From assembly GCA_038234975.1 (NCBI GenBank), contig JBBSUK010000003.1:1678-65677 (forward strand): a stretch of 64,000 nt of DNA. The letters are read 5' to 3'. Shown in pieces: positions 30,037 through 40,905 of the stretch. A model generated the notes under the pieces. The model ran no database searches, was not told the origin of the DNA, and saw nothing but the letters and a program-made list of their open reading frames with translations. Each line of letters begins with the position of its first letter. The stretch's first letter is position 1. Source of the DNA: Burkholderiales bacterium (lineage in GTDB: Bacteria; Pseudomonadota; Gammaproteobacteria; Burkholderiales; Burkholderiaceae_C). The translations under genes were made by a program, and so were the position numbers.

Positions 30037-30914
30037 TCGGCGGCGTGGTTCGAGGTTTGCGGCGCGTCGTCGACGTGCTGCAGCGTTCGCTCTTTGATGA
30101 CCACGACCAGGACGCGGCGCCGACCGCGCCGCAGCCGACTCGTTTGCCGCCGTCGTCGGGCGGTCGCGCGTCGTCGCTGGGCGGCCGCCGCGTCGTCTGG
30201 TCGCTGCGCCGCAGCCGTCGACGCAGCATCGGCTTCGTGGTCGGGCCCGCAGGTCTGGTCGTGTCGGCGCCCAACCGCGCCTCGCTGCGGGAGATCGAGT
30301 CGGCGCTGCAGGAGAAGGCGCGCTGGGTCGTCGCGAGGCTGGACGAACAGGCCGAGCGCCGGGTGCGCGCCGACGCGGCGCGCGTCGTCTGGGCCAGTGG
30401 CGCGCTGGTCGCGTTCCTCGGCGAGCCGCTGCGCATCGTCGTCGACCCCGACGGCGCCGAGCCGACGGCATTCAGCGCCGGCGGGGGCGACGGCGCTCCA
30501 GCGCAGCTTCGCCTCGCCCTGCCACGCGACGCCGCTCCCGAGCGCCTGCGCGACGCAGTGCACGGCTGGCTGCAACGCCGGGCGATCGATCATTTCACCG
30601 CCCGTTGCCGGCATTTCGAGGCGGCGCTCGCGGTGCGCGTGCGCAGCGTCAAGCTGTCGTCGGCGAAGACGCGCTGGGGCAGCGCGACGACGCGCGGCGA
30701 TGTCCGCCTGCACTGGCGCCTGATCCAGCACGAGCCGGCGACGATCGACTACGTTGTCGCCCACGAGCTCGCGCACCTGCGCGAGATGAACCACGGGCCC
30801 CGGTTCTGGCAGGCGGTCCGGTCCGTGGTGCCCGACGTGGACCGGGAGGTCGCGCGGCTGCGAGAGGCCGCGCGGGACGCGAGTCTCGCGGACGATGCCG
30901 CGATGGGCAGGTGA
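30033..30914 (+). CDS. M48/YgjP(DUF45)-family metallopeptidase
   Basis: RRSRRRSIG, KTRWGS, DYVVAHELAHLREMNHGPRFW. Confidence 0.88.
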   Translation: MIGGVVRGLRRVVDVLQRSLFDDHDQDAAPTAPQPTRLPPSSGGRASSLGGRRVVWSLRRSRRRSIGFVVGPAGLVVSAPNRASLREIESALQEKARWVVARLDEQAERRVRADAARVVWASGALVAFLGEPLRIVVDPDGAEPTAFSAGGGDGAPAQLRLALPRDAAPERLRDAVHGWLQRRAIDHFTARCRHFEAALAVRVRSVKLSSAKTRWGSATTRGDVRLHWRLIQHEPATIDYVVAHELAHLREMNHGPRFWQAVRSVVPDVDREVARLREAARDASLADDAAMGR

Positions 30915-30915
30915 G

Positions 30916-31995
30916 TCAGCCGGCAGCGACCGCGGCGAACCGCATCACCTTGTCGTCGCCCGGCTGGCGCGACAGACGTCCGGCATGCCACAGCGCGTGC
31001 AGGTGCGCGATCGATTCGCCCATCGCGAAGCTCATCTGGTGCGCGTCGAGCGGGCGACGGAAGATCACGGGAACGAGCTCGTAGGCCGACTGCGGCCCCT
31101 TCTCGCGGATCGCATCCATCACCTCGGCAAAGCGGTCTTCGTGATGCGCCTGCAGCTGGTCGATGCGGGTGTGCAGGCCGCGAAACGGTCGGCCGTGCGA
31201 CGGCAGCACGAGCGTGTCGGCCGGGACCGCGCGCATCCGCTCGAGCGAGTCGAGGTAGAGGCGCAGCGGGTCAGCCTCGGGCTCGATGTCGATCACGCTC
31301 ACGTTGGTGGAGATGCGCGGCAGCACCATGTCGCCGCTGACGAGCACGCCGGCCTCGTCGTCGTGCAGCGACATGTGCTCGGGCGCATGGCCGTAGCCGG
31401 CGATGCAGCGCCAGGCATGGCGCGCGGCGCCGCGACCGATCTCGACGCTGCCGCCGTCGAGCAGGCGCCGGTACTCGGACGGCACCTGCGGCACGAGGCT
31501 GCGGTAGTAGTTGCTGCGCTTGCCGATCTCGGCTGCCTTGGCGTCGGCGGCGAGGCCGTGCTCGACCATGAAGGCGTTCGACACGGGCGCGCTGAAGCCG
31601 CTGGTCGCGCCGGAGGCGATGCGGGCGATGTGGAAATCGGTCGCGCTGATCCAGAGCCGCGCCCCGAATCGCTCGCACAGCCAGTGCGCCGAGCCGATGT
31701 GGTCGGGGTGCATGTGGGTGACGACGACGCGCAGCACCGGTTCGCCTCCGAGCGGACCGGCGAGGACTTGGTCCCAGTCGGCACGGGTGGCGGGGTTGTC
31801 GACGCCGGTGTCGACGAGGGTCCAGCCGGCTCGGCCGTCGGTCTCGTCGCGGAGCGCCCAGACGTTGATGTGGTCGAGCTGGAAGGGCAGCCCCATGCGG
31901 ATCCACACGATGCCCGGGGCCACCTCGATCGCGCTCCCCCGCTCGGGGAGTGCATCACCGAACGGATAGTCGAGCTGGCTTTCGAGAAGGTTCAT
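30916..31995 (-). CDS. MBL-fold metallo-hydrolase
   Basis: LVDTG, THMHPDHIG, GHAPEH, SGDMVLP, LPSHG. Confidence 0.9.
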   Translation of the reverse strand: MNLLESQLDYPFGDALPERGSAIEVAPGIVWIRMGLPFQLDHINVWALRDETDGRAGWTLVDTGVDNPATRADWDQVLAGPLGGEPVLRVVVTHMHPDHIGSAHWLCERFGARLWISATDFHIARIASGATSGFSAPVSNAFMVEHGLAADAKAAEIGKRSNYYRSLVPQVPSEYRRLLDGGSVEIGRGAARHAWRCIAGYGHAPEHMSLHDDEAGVLVSGDMVLPRISTNVSVIDIEPEADPLRLYLDSLERMRAVPADTLVLPSHGRPFRGLHTRIDQLQAHHEDRFAEVMDAIREKGPQSAYELVPVIFRRPLDAHQMSFAMGESIAHLHALWHAGRLSRQPGDDKVMRFAAVAAG

Positions 31996-32008
31996 CGTCG
32001 CATTACAC

Positions 32009-32024
32009 TTTACGTAAACGTCAA
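32009..32024. promoter_or_regulatory. LiuR-type operator TTTACGTAAACGTCAA
   Basis: Near-perfect palindrome in the 48-bp gap between the divergent MBL and MerR genes. Fits the LiuR consensus (TTACGT-N2-ACGTAA-like). Confidence 0.75.
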
Positions 32025-32043
32025 TTGTGGAGTGTAGACGCCG

Positions 32044-32499
32044 ATGTCGAACGCCGTTGCCCTCGCGCGCCGCGAGCCAGCCGGGCCGCCGGGTTCACGG
32101 CCGGCCGCTCGCCCTGCCGTTCGCTACACGATCGGCGAGCTCGCGCGCGAGTTCGGCGTCACCACGCGCACCATCCGCTTCTACGAGGATTGCGGCCTGC
32201 TCGAGCCGTCGCGTTCCGGCCGCAACCGCGTCTACACCGCGCGGGACCGCGCGAGGCTGCTGCTGACGGTGCGCGGCAAGCGGCTCGGCCTCAAGCTCGC
32301 GGAAGTGAAGGAGCTGATCGAGATGTACGACAGCAAGCGCGACACCGGGCCGCAGCTGCGGCGCTTCCTCGCCGTGCTCGCCGCGCACCGGGCGCAGATC
32401 GAGCAGCGCATGGTCGACCTGCAGGCCACGCTCGACGAGGTCGTCGGGCAGCAGTCGGCGGCGCAGCGCGTGCTCGACGCGAAGCGGAGAGCGGCATGA
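32044..32499 (+). CDS. liuR: MerR-family regulator, LiuR-like
   Basis: YTIGELAREFGVTTRTIRFYE, upstream LiuR-like box and acyl-CoA gene neighbours. Confidence 0.8.
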   Translation: MSNAVALARREPAGPPGSRPAARPAVRYTIGELAREFGVTTRTIRFYEDCGLLEPSRSGRNRVYTARDRARLLLTVRGKRLGLKLAEVKELIEMYDSKRDTGPQLRRFLAVLAAHRAQIEQRMVDLQATLDEVVGQQSAAQRVLDAKRRAA

Positions 32500-33197
32500 G
32501 CGAGCAGGACGCCACCGCCGCCGCCGACATGACCCCCTCGCTCGACGAGTTGTTCGTTCGCAACCGCGCCTGGGCGGCCAAGATCGAGGGCCGATCACCC
32601 GGCTTCTTCACCCGGCTCGACCAGCAGCAGAACCCGAGGTATCTCTGGATCGGCTGCGCCGACAGCCGCGTGCCGGCCAACGAGCTGGTCGACCTGCTGC
32701 CGGGCGAGGTGTTCGTGCACCGCAACGTCTCCAACGTCGTCGCCCATGGCGACCTCAACTGCCTCGCGGTGGTCCAGTTCGCGACCGACGTGCTCAAGGT
32801 GCGGCACATCATGGTCGTCGGGCACTCGCGCTGCGGCGGCGTCACCGCGGCGCTCGAGGGCCGCCGCGTCGGCCTCGCCGACAACTGGCTGCGCTACGTG
32901 CAGGATGTGCGTGACCGCCATGCCGACTGGCTCGACAGCGTCGACCCGGAGGTGCGAGTCGATGCGCTCGGCGAGCTCAACGTCGTCGAGCAGGCGCGCC
33001 ACGTCTGCGAGACGACGGTCGTCACCGATGCCTGGGCGCGCGGCCAGCCGGTCGTCGTCCATGGCTGGTTCTACCGGCTGCACAACGGGCTGCTGAAGGA
33101 CCTGCGCATGACGGTCGATTCGCCGGCGTCGCTCGAGGCGACGTACACGGCGGCCATCGGCGGCATCCGCGGCCGCTACGACGCGGGCACGCGGTGA
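32496..33197 (+). CDS. can: Beta-class carbonic anhydrase
   Basis: [25 protein letters not shown]. Confidence 0.92.
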   Translation: MSEQDATAAADMTPSLDELFVRNRAWAAKIEGRSPGFFTRLDQQQNPRYLWIGCADSRVPANELVDLLPGEVFVHRNVSNVVAHGDLNCLAVVQFATDVLKVRHIMVVGHSRCGGVTAALEGRRVGLADNWLRYVQDVRDRHADWLDSVDPEVRVDALGELNVVEQARHVCETTVVTDAWARGQPVVVHGWFYRLHNGLLKDLRMTVDSPASLEATYTAAIGGIRGRYDAGTR

Positions 33198-34995
33198 CGC
33201 AGACGCGGCACCCGCCGACCGGCCCCTCCGCCTTCCCGGTCGCGCTGACCGATGCGCGCGCACACGCCATCGCGGTGGCGATGCTCGAGGGGTTCGACCG
33301 TCACTACACGCTCTTTCGCGAGGCGAGCGCCGGCGCCAAGGGTCGCTTCGAGCGAGCCGACTGGGCCGGGCAGCAGCGCGCGCAGGCGCAGCGCATCGCC
33401 TACTACGACCGGCGCGTGGTCGAGGCGACCGAGCGGCTGCAGCGCGAGTTCGGCGCCGGCGAGCTGCCGATGGACGTGTGGCAGCAGGTCAAGCTCCACT
33501 ACATCGGCCTGCTCATCGAGCACCACCAGCCCGAGCTCGCCGAGACCTTCTTCAACTCGGTGACGACGAAGATCCTGCACCACAGCTACTTCCACAACGA
33601 CTTCATCTTCGTCCGTCCCGCGGTCTCCACCGAGTACATCGAGAACGACGCGCCGGCGTCGCTGCCGACCTACCGCGCCTACTACCCGACCCGCGAGACA
33701 CTGCGCCGGACCTGGACGCGCATCGTTTCCAACTTCCAGCTCGAGCGCCCCTTCGAGGAGCTCGACCGCGACATTGCCTCCGTGATGCGCGCCGTCGAGG
33801 CGCATCTCGGCGACGCGCGGCTGCGCGCCAACTTCCAGATCCAGGTGCTCGCGTCGCTCTTCTTCCGCAACAAGGGCGCCTACGTCGTCGGCAAGGTGAT
33901 CAACGGCTTCCACGAGACACCGTTCGCGCTGCCGATCGTGCACGGCGAGAGCGGCGGCCTCACGATCGACACCGCGCTCTTCGGCGAGGACGACCTGCTG
34001 CTCGTCTTCAGCTTCGCGCGGGCCTATTTCATGGTCACGATGGAAGTGCCCTCGGCCTACGTGCAGTTCCTGCACTCGCTGATGCCGAGAAAGCCGCGCT
34101 CGGAGATCTACTCCGCGCTCGGCCTGCAGAAGCAGGGCAAGAACCTCTTCTACCGCGACTTCCTCAACCACATCCGCCACTCGTCGGACCGTTTCCGCAT
34201 CGCGCCCGGGATCAAGGGCATGGTGATGCTGGTGTTCGACCTGCCGAGCTTTCCCTATGTGTTCAAGGTGATCAAGGACGCCTTTCCGGCGCAAAAGGAG
34301 ATCACGCGCGAGCAGGTCATGGGCAAGTACCTGCTCGTCAAGCAGCACGACCGTGTCGGCCGCATGGCCGACACGCTGGAATACAGCAACGTTGCCTTCC
34401 CCGTCGCGCGCTTCGACGACGAGCTGCTGGCCGAGCTGCGCGAGCAGTGCGCGAGCCTGGTCGAGGAGGTGGGCGAGAGCTTCGTCATCCACCATGTCTA
34501 CATCGAGCGGCGCATGGTGCCTCTCAACATCTACCTGCAGGACGCCACGCCGCTGCAGGTCGAGGCCGCCGTGGTCGAGTACGGCAACGCGATCAAGGAC
34601 CTGGTGCGCGCCAACATCTTCCCCGGCGACATGCTGTGGAAGAACTTCGGCGTCACCCGCCACGGCAAGGTCGTGTTCTACGACTACGACGAGATCGAAT
34701 ACCTCACCGATTGCCGCTTTCGCAAGGTTCCGGAGCCGCGCAACGAGGAAGAGGAGATGTCGGCCGAGGTCTGGTACGCGGTCGGCCCGAAGGACGTGTT
34801 TCCCGAGACCTTCGAGCCCTTCCTGCTCGGCAACCCGGCCGTGCGCAAGGTGTTCATGGAGCACCATGCCGACCTGCTCGACGCGGGCTTCTGGCAGGGC
34901 CACCAGGCCCTTATCGCCGCCGGATACGTGCATGATGTGTTCCCTTACGACGGGCAGAAGCGCTTCTCTGCCCAGCCACATCGAGGAGCTTGCCC

Positions 34996-34999
<4 letters not shown>
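33194..34999 (+). CDS. aceK: Isocitrate dehydrogenase kinase/phosphatase
   Basis: [47 protein letters not shown]. Confidence 0.96.
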
Positions 35000-36177
<1,178 letters not shown>

Positions 36178-36185
36178 CGCACGGC

Positions 36186-36653
36186 GTGTCGGCGAGCGTG
36201 CTGCCGGCGCGGCCGGGCGATGTCTTCACCCGCCGCGTGCGGCTGACGGAAGACGAGATCCGTACCTTCGCGCGCTCCGTCGACGACCTCAATCCGCTGC
36301 ACCACGATGCCGACTTCGCGCGCGCGGCCGGTTACCCGGGCCTGATCGCGAGCGGCACGCACGTCGCGTCGATCCTGATGGCGATGACGGCGACGCACTA
36401 TTCGCAGCCCCTCGCCGACGGCACGCCGCGTTCCAGCCTCGGCCTGGGTTTCCATATCTCGTTTCGCGCCGGCGTCGTCGCGGACGAGAACATGGACCTG
36501 CGCTGGACGGTGACCGATGTGACGCGCAAGGACAGCCTGCGCGGCTGGATCACGCGGCTCGACGGCGAGGCGCGGTCGGCGCGCGGGCTGCTGCTGCCGG
36601 CCGAAGGCCAGATCCTGCTGCGGCTCGGCGACGAGATCGTCGCGGAGCGATGA
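36186..36653 (+). CDS. MaoC-family hot-dog dehydratase-like protein
   Basis: FARSVDDLNPLHHDADFA...IASG motif. Start estimated. Confidence 0.8.
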   Translation: MSASVLPARPGDVFTRRVRLTEDEIRTFARSVDDLNPLHHDADFARAAGYPGLIASGTHVASILMAMTATHYSQPLADGTPRSSLGLGFHISFRAGVVADENMDLRWTVTDVTRKDSLRGWITRLDGEARSARGLLLPAEGQILLRLGDEIVAER

Positions 36654-36669
36654 CGAGAGGAGCCGGGAC

Positions 36670-37824
36670 ATGCAACTGAGCGACGACCACCGCGCCGTCC
36701 GCGAGGCCGTTCGCGCTTACGTGCAGGACCACGTTGCGCCGAACGCGGCGGCGTGGAGTCGCGCTGCCGAGTTCCCGCGCGACGCGCTGCGCGGCCTCGC
36801 CGAGCTCGGCTGCTACGGCGTCGCGGTTTCCGCCGAGCTCGGCGGCGCCGGCCTCGACTACCTCGCGCTCGCCGTCCTCCTCGAGGAGATCGCCGCCGGC
36901 GACGGTGCCACCTCGACCATCGTCAGCGTCAACAACTGCCCGGTCTGCTCCATCCTGATGGCGTGGGCGAACGACGCCCAGAAGCAGGCCTGGCTGGTGC
37001 CGCTCGCCAGGGGCGAGATGCTCGGTGCGTTCTGCCTCACCGAGCCGCACGTCGGCTCGGAGGCGAGCGGCCTGCGCACGACGGCGCGGCATGTCCACGA
37101 CGACCAGGGCGACGTCTACGTGATCGACGGCGTCAAGCAGTTCATCACGAGCGGCAAGAACGGCGACGTGGCGATCGTCATGGCCGTGACCGACAAGGCG
37201 GCCGGCAAGCGCGGCATCTCGGCGTTCGTCGTGCCGACGGCGACGCCCGGCTACACCGTCGCGCGGCTGGAGGAGAAGGCCGGGCAGCACGCGAGCGACA
37301 CCGCGCAGATCGTCTTCGAGAACTGCCGCGTCCCGGTCGAAAACCGCCTCGGCGACGAAGGCCAGGGGCTGAAGATCGCGCTGTCGGGCCTCGAAGGCGG
37401 GCGCATCGGCATCGGCGCGCAGGCGATCGGCATGGCACGCGCCGCGTTCGAGGCAGCGCTCGCGTACGCGAAGGAACGGGTGGCTTTCGGCAAGCCGATC
37501 TTCGAGCACCAGGCGGTGCAGTTCCGCCTCGCCGGCATGGCGACGCAGATCGAGGCGGCGCGCCAGCTCGTGCACCACGCCGCCAGCCTGAAGGACGCCG
37601 GCGTGCCGTGCCTGAAGGAAGCGGCGATGGGCAAGCTGTTCGCGAGCGAGATGGCCGAGCGCGTCTGCAGCGAGGCGATCCAGGTGCACGGCGGCTACGG
37701 CTACGTTGCCGACTTTCCGGTCGAGCGCATCTGGCGCGACGTGCGTGTGTGCAGCATCTACGAGGGCACCTCCGACGTGCAGAAGATCCTGATCGCGCGG
37801 GCGCTCGCCAGCAGCGTCGGCTGA
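36670..37824 (+). CDS. Short/branched-chain acyl-CoA dehydrogenase
   Basis: FCLTEPHVGSEA, KQFITSG, LEGGRIGIGAQ, QVHGGYGY, IYEGTSDVQK. Confidence 0.93.
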   Translation: MQLSDDHRAVREAVRAYVQDHVAPNAAAWSRAAEFPRDALRGLAELGCYGVAVSAELGGAGLDYLALAVLLEEIAAGDGATSTIVSVNNCPVCSILMAWANDAQKQAWLVPLARGEMLGAFCLTEPHVGSEASGLRTTARHVHDDQGDVYVIDGVKQFITSGKNGDVAIVMAVTDKAAGKRGISAFVVPTATPGYTVARLEEKAGQHASDTAQIVFENCRVPVENRLGDEGQGLKIALSGLEGGRIGIGAQAIGMARAAFEAALAYAKERVAFGKPIFEHQAVQFRLAGMATQIEAARQLVHHAASLKDAGVPCLKEAAMGKLFASEMAERVCSEAIQVHGGYGYVADFPVERIWRDVRVCSIYEGTSDVQKILIARALASSVG

Positions 37825-37831
37825 CCGCACG

Positions 37832-39319
37832 ATGGACGCACGCCGCGCCCGCGATGTCACGCTGCTCGAAGCGTTCGAGACCGCGACGCCCACGAGCCCG
37901 AGCTGGAGCGCCGACGATCGCGCCTGGGCCGATCGCGTGGCCCGCGAGGCATCGGCCGACGGCGACGATCTCGACGCCTTCGTCTCGAAGCGCGCCGTCC
38001 ACGCGATGCACCGGCTCGGCGAGCGCGAGCCGCAGCTCGTGCGGCTCGCCGCCGAGCCGATGCCGCGCGGCGGCGCGCTCGTGGTGGTGCTTGTCGTCGC
38101 CTTCGCGCTCGGCGTCGCCGCCGACACGATCGGCTCGAACCAGCGCATCAACCTGCTCGCGCCGCCGCTGTGGGGCGTCCTGCTGTGGAACGTGATCGTC
38201 TACCTGCTGCTGCTCGTCACGCCGCTGGTGCGGCTGGCGCGCCGTTCATCGTCCTCGGCGCCGGGCCCGATCCTGCGCTTCGCCCAGGCACTCGCGCAGC
38301 GCGGACTCGGCCCGATCCGGCGCGCCGCCAAGGGCGGTTTCGAAGCGCCGCGCCGCTACGCCTCGCTCTGGCTCGCGCGCAGCCGCGGCCTGGCGATGTT
38401 GCGCGGCGAGACGCTGCTGCACGCTGGCGCCGCGGCGATCGGCCTCGGCTTCATCGCCGGCCTTTACCTGCGCGGCCTCGCGCTCGACTACCGCGTCGTC
38501 TGGGAGAGCACGCTGCTCGACGCGCACGCGGCGCACGCGCTGGTCTCGACGGTGTTCGCTCCGGCTTCTTTGCTGTCGGGCATCTCGCTGCCCGACGAAG
38601 CGGCGTTCGCGGCAATGCGCGTGGCAGCCGGGGCGGGCACGGTCGGCGCGCCGGCGGCGCCCTGGCTGCACCTGATCGCGCTGACGCTGGCGATCGTCGT
38701 CGTGGTGCCGCGCGCCGTGCTCGCGCTCGGATGCGGTGCTGCGGCCGCATGGCGCAGCCGATCGTTCCCGATGCCGTTCGGCGATCCCTACTTCGAGCGA
38801 CTGTCGCGCCTGCGCGGGGGCCGCGACGCGCACGTCGTCGTCGTGCCCTACGCCGCGTCGCCGTCGCCGCAGGGCGCGCTCGGCCTGCGCGCATGGCTCG
38901 CCGAAGCATTCGGCGGCGGTGTCGACCTGCGCCTCGAGTCGATCGTCGCGTTCGGTGAGGAAGACGCGCCGCTGCCGACAGTTGCCGAAGCGACGACCCA
39001 TGCGATCGTGCTGTTCGACCTGAGCGCCACGCCCGAGGACGAGCACCACGGCCGGTTCGTGTCGGCGCTGGCCGCCGCACTGCCGGCAGGCGCGGTGATC
39101 GCCGTGGCCGTCGACGCGGGCGCCTTCGCCCGCCGCTTCGCTGGCCTCGACGAGCGGGTCGCACAGCGTCGCGAGGCGTGGCGGCGGTGGGGCGAGGGCA
39201 TGGGCATCGTTCCGATCGTCGTCGACCTCGAGCACGAAACGGCGGCGGTCGATGCGCTCGAGGCGGTGTTCGTTTCGCCGCGTGCCCTGACACCGTCCAC
39301 CGGCAGGCGCGACCCATGA
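37832..39319 (+). CDS. DUF2868-like multi-pass membrane protein
   Basis: Several TM segments and a YRVVWESTLL motif I associate with DUF2868. Coupled (ATGA overlap) to the downstream GTPase. Confidence 0.7.
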   Translation: MDARRARDVTLLEAFETATPTSPSWSADDRAWADRVAREASADGDDLDAFVSKRAVHAMHRLGEREPQLVRLAAEPMPRGGALVVVLVVAFALGVAADTIGSNQRINLLAPPLWGVLLWNVIVYLLLLVTPLVRLARRSSSSAPGPILRFAQALAQRGLGPIRRAAKGGFEAPRRYASLWLARSRGLAMLRGETLLHAGAAAIGLGFIAGLYLRGLALDYRVVWESTLLDAHAAHALVSTVFAPASLLSGISLPDEAAFAAMRVAAGAGTVGAPAAPWLHLIALTLAIVVVVPRAVLALGCGAAAAWRSRSFPMPFGDPYFERLSRLRGGRDAHVVVVPYAASPSPQGALGLRAWLAEAFGGGVDLRLESIVAFGEEDAPLPTVAEATTHAIVLFDLSATPEDEHHGRFVSALAAALPAGAVIAVAVDAGAFARRFAGLDERVAQRREAWRRWGEGMGIVPIVVDLEHETAAVDALEAVFVSPRALTPSTGRRDP

Positions 39320-40905
39320 CGAACGCACCGGTCGGCGACGACGCTCCTGGGGCCGGCCTCGACCGCGACGCGCGCGGCCGCTCGATCTCGCTCGCCCTGG
39401 TCTCGCACACCAACGCCGGCAAGACGACACTCGCGCGCACCTTGCTGGGCCGCGACGTCGGCGAGGTGCGCGACGCCCCGCATGTCACCGAGTTCTCCGA
39501 CGCGCACACGCTGGTCGAGGCCGAAGGCGGCGAGCGCCTCGTCCTCTGGGACACACCGGGCTTCGGCGACAGCGTGCGCCTCGCGAAGCGCCTGCGGCTG
39601 CATGCGAATCCGATCGGCCGCTTCCTCGGCGAGCTGTGGGACCGCTGGCTCGACCGGCCGATGTGGTCGGCGCAGCAGGCACTGCGAACGGTGCGCGACG
39701 ATGCCGACGCACTGCTCTACCTCGTCAACGCCTCGGAGTCGATCGAGTCGGCGGGCTACGTGAAGCCGGAGATGGAGATCCTGGCCTGGGTCGGCAAGCC
39801 GGTCGTCGTGCTGCTCAACCAGCTCGGCGCACCGCGCGAGCGCAGCGTCGAGTCGGCCGAGGTCGAACGCTGGCGGCAGGCGCTGGCCGCGAGCCCGGTG
39901 GTTCGCGCCGTGCTCCCGCTCGACGCCTTTGCGCGCTGCTGGGTGCAAGAACTGACGCTGCTCGCGTCGATCGAGGCGGCGTTGCCCGACGAGAAGCGCG
40001 CGACGATGCAGCGTCTGCGCGCAGCCTGGCGGGCGACCCGCCTGGCGACGTTCGATCGTGCGATGGCGGTGCTCGCCGAGGGGCTTGCGAAGGTCGCCGC
40101 GCAGAGCGAGACCTTGCCGCAGCACGAGAGCTTCGGCGCGCGGCTGCGCAGTGCCGGCGCGGTGCTCGGGCGCACCTTCTCGGGTGCGAAGCGACGTGAC
40201 GAGGGCACGCCGGCCGACATCGACCCGCAAGGCCCGACTGCGCAGGCGCGACGGGCGCTCGTCGACCGCCTCGACACGGAGGTCCGCTCGGGGACCCACG
40301 CGCTGATCGCCATGCACGGCCTCGGCGGCCGCGCCGAGCGCGAGATCCTCGACCGGCTCGCCTCGGGCGTCGACGTGCGCATCAAGGTCGACGAGAAGCA
40401 GGCGGCGGCGTGGGGCGGTGCGGTCACCGGCGCGATCGCCGGGCTGAAGGCCGACATCCTGAGCGGCGGGCTCACCCTCGGCGGCGGCATGCTTGCCGGC
40501 GGCCTCATCGGCGCGCTGGGAGGTGCGGGCGTGGCCCGCGCTGCCAACCTCGTTCGCGGCACCGACCGGTCGACCGTCGCCTGGAACACCGAAGCGCTCG
40601 ACGCGATGGTCGAGGCCGCCGTGCTGCGCTACCTCGCCGTCGCCCACTTCGGGCGCGGCCGGGGCGAGTGGAAGCAGGGCGAGTTCGCGCCGCACTGGAA
40701 GCTGCTCGTGTCACAGGCGATCGTGGGCCGGCACGACGCGCTTGCCGGGGTCTGGGAGCTTCGTGGCCCGGCTGGCGCCGCCGAGGCCGACGCCGCCGCC
40801 GCGATCGCCCGGGCCGTCGAGCCGATCCTGCGCGACGCCACCCTGCGCGTGCTCGGCGAGCTCTACCCCGACGCGCCGCTCGACGGCGCTCAGCCGCCCG
40901 CGTAG
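39316..40905 (+). CDS. TRAFAC GTPase with a DUF3482-like C-terminal domain
   Basis: G1 SHTNAGKTT, G3 DTPGFGD, G4-like LLNQ, Gly-rich hydrophobic hairpin GGAVTGAIAG...GGLTLGGGMLAGGLIG. Confidence 0.8.
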   Translation: MTNAPVGDDAPGAGLDRDARGRSISLALVSHTNAGKTTLARTLLGRDVGEVRDAPHVTEFSDAHTLVEAEGGERLVLWDTPGFGDSVRLAKRLRLHANPIGRFLGELWDRWLDRPMWSAQQALRTVRDDADALLYLVNASESIESAGYVKPEMEILAWVGKPVVVLLNQLGAPRERSVESAEVERWRQALAASPVVRAVLPLDAFARCWVQELTLLASIEAALPDEKRATMQRLRAAWRATRLATFDRAMAVLAEGLAKVAAQSETLPQHESFGARLRSAGAVLGRTFSGAKRRDEGTPADIDPQGPTAQARRALVDRLDTEVRSGTHALIAMHGLGGRAEREILDRLASGVDVRIKVDEKQAAAWGGAVTGAIAGLKADILSGGLTLGGGMLAGGLIGALGGAGVARAANLVRGTDRSTVAWNTEALDAMVEAAVLRYLAVAHFGRGRGEWKQGEFAPHWKLLVSQAIVGRHDALAGVWELRGPAGAAEADAAAAIARAVEPILRDATLRVLGELYPDAPLDGAQPPA

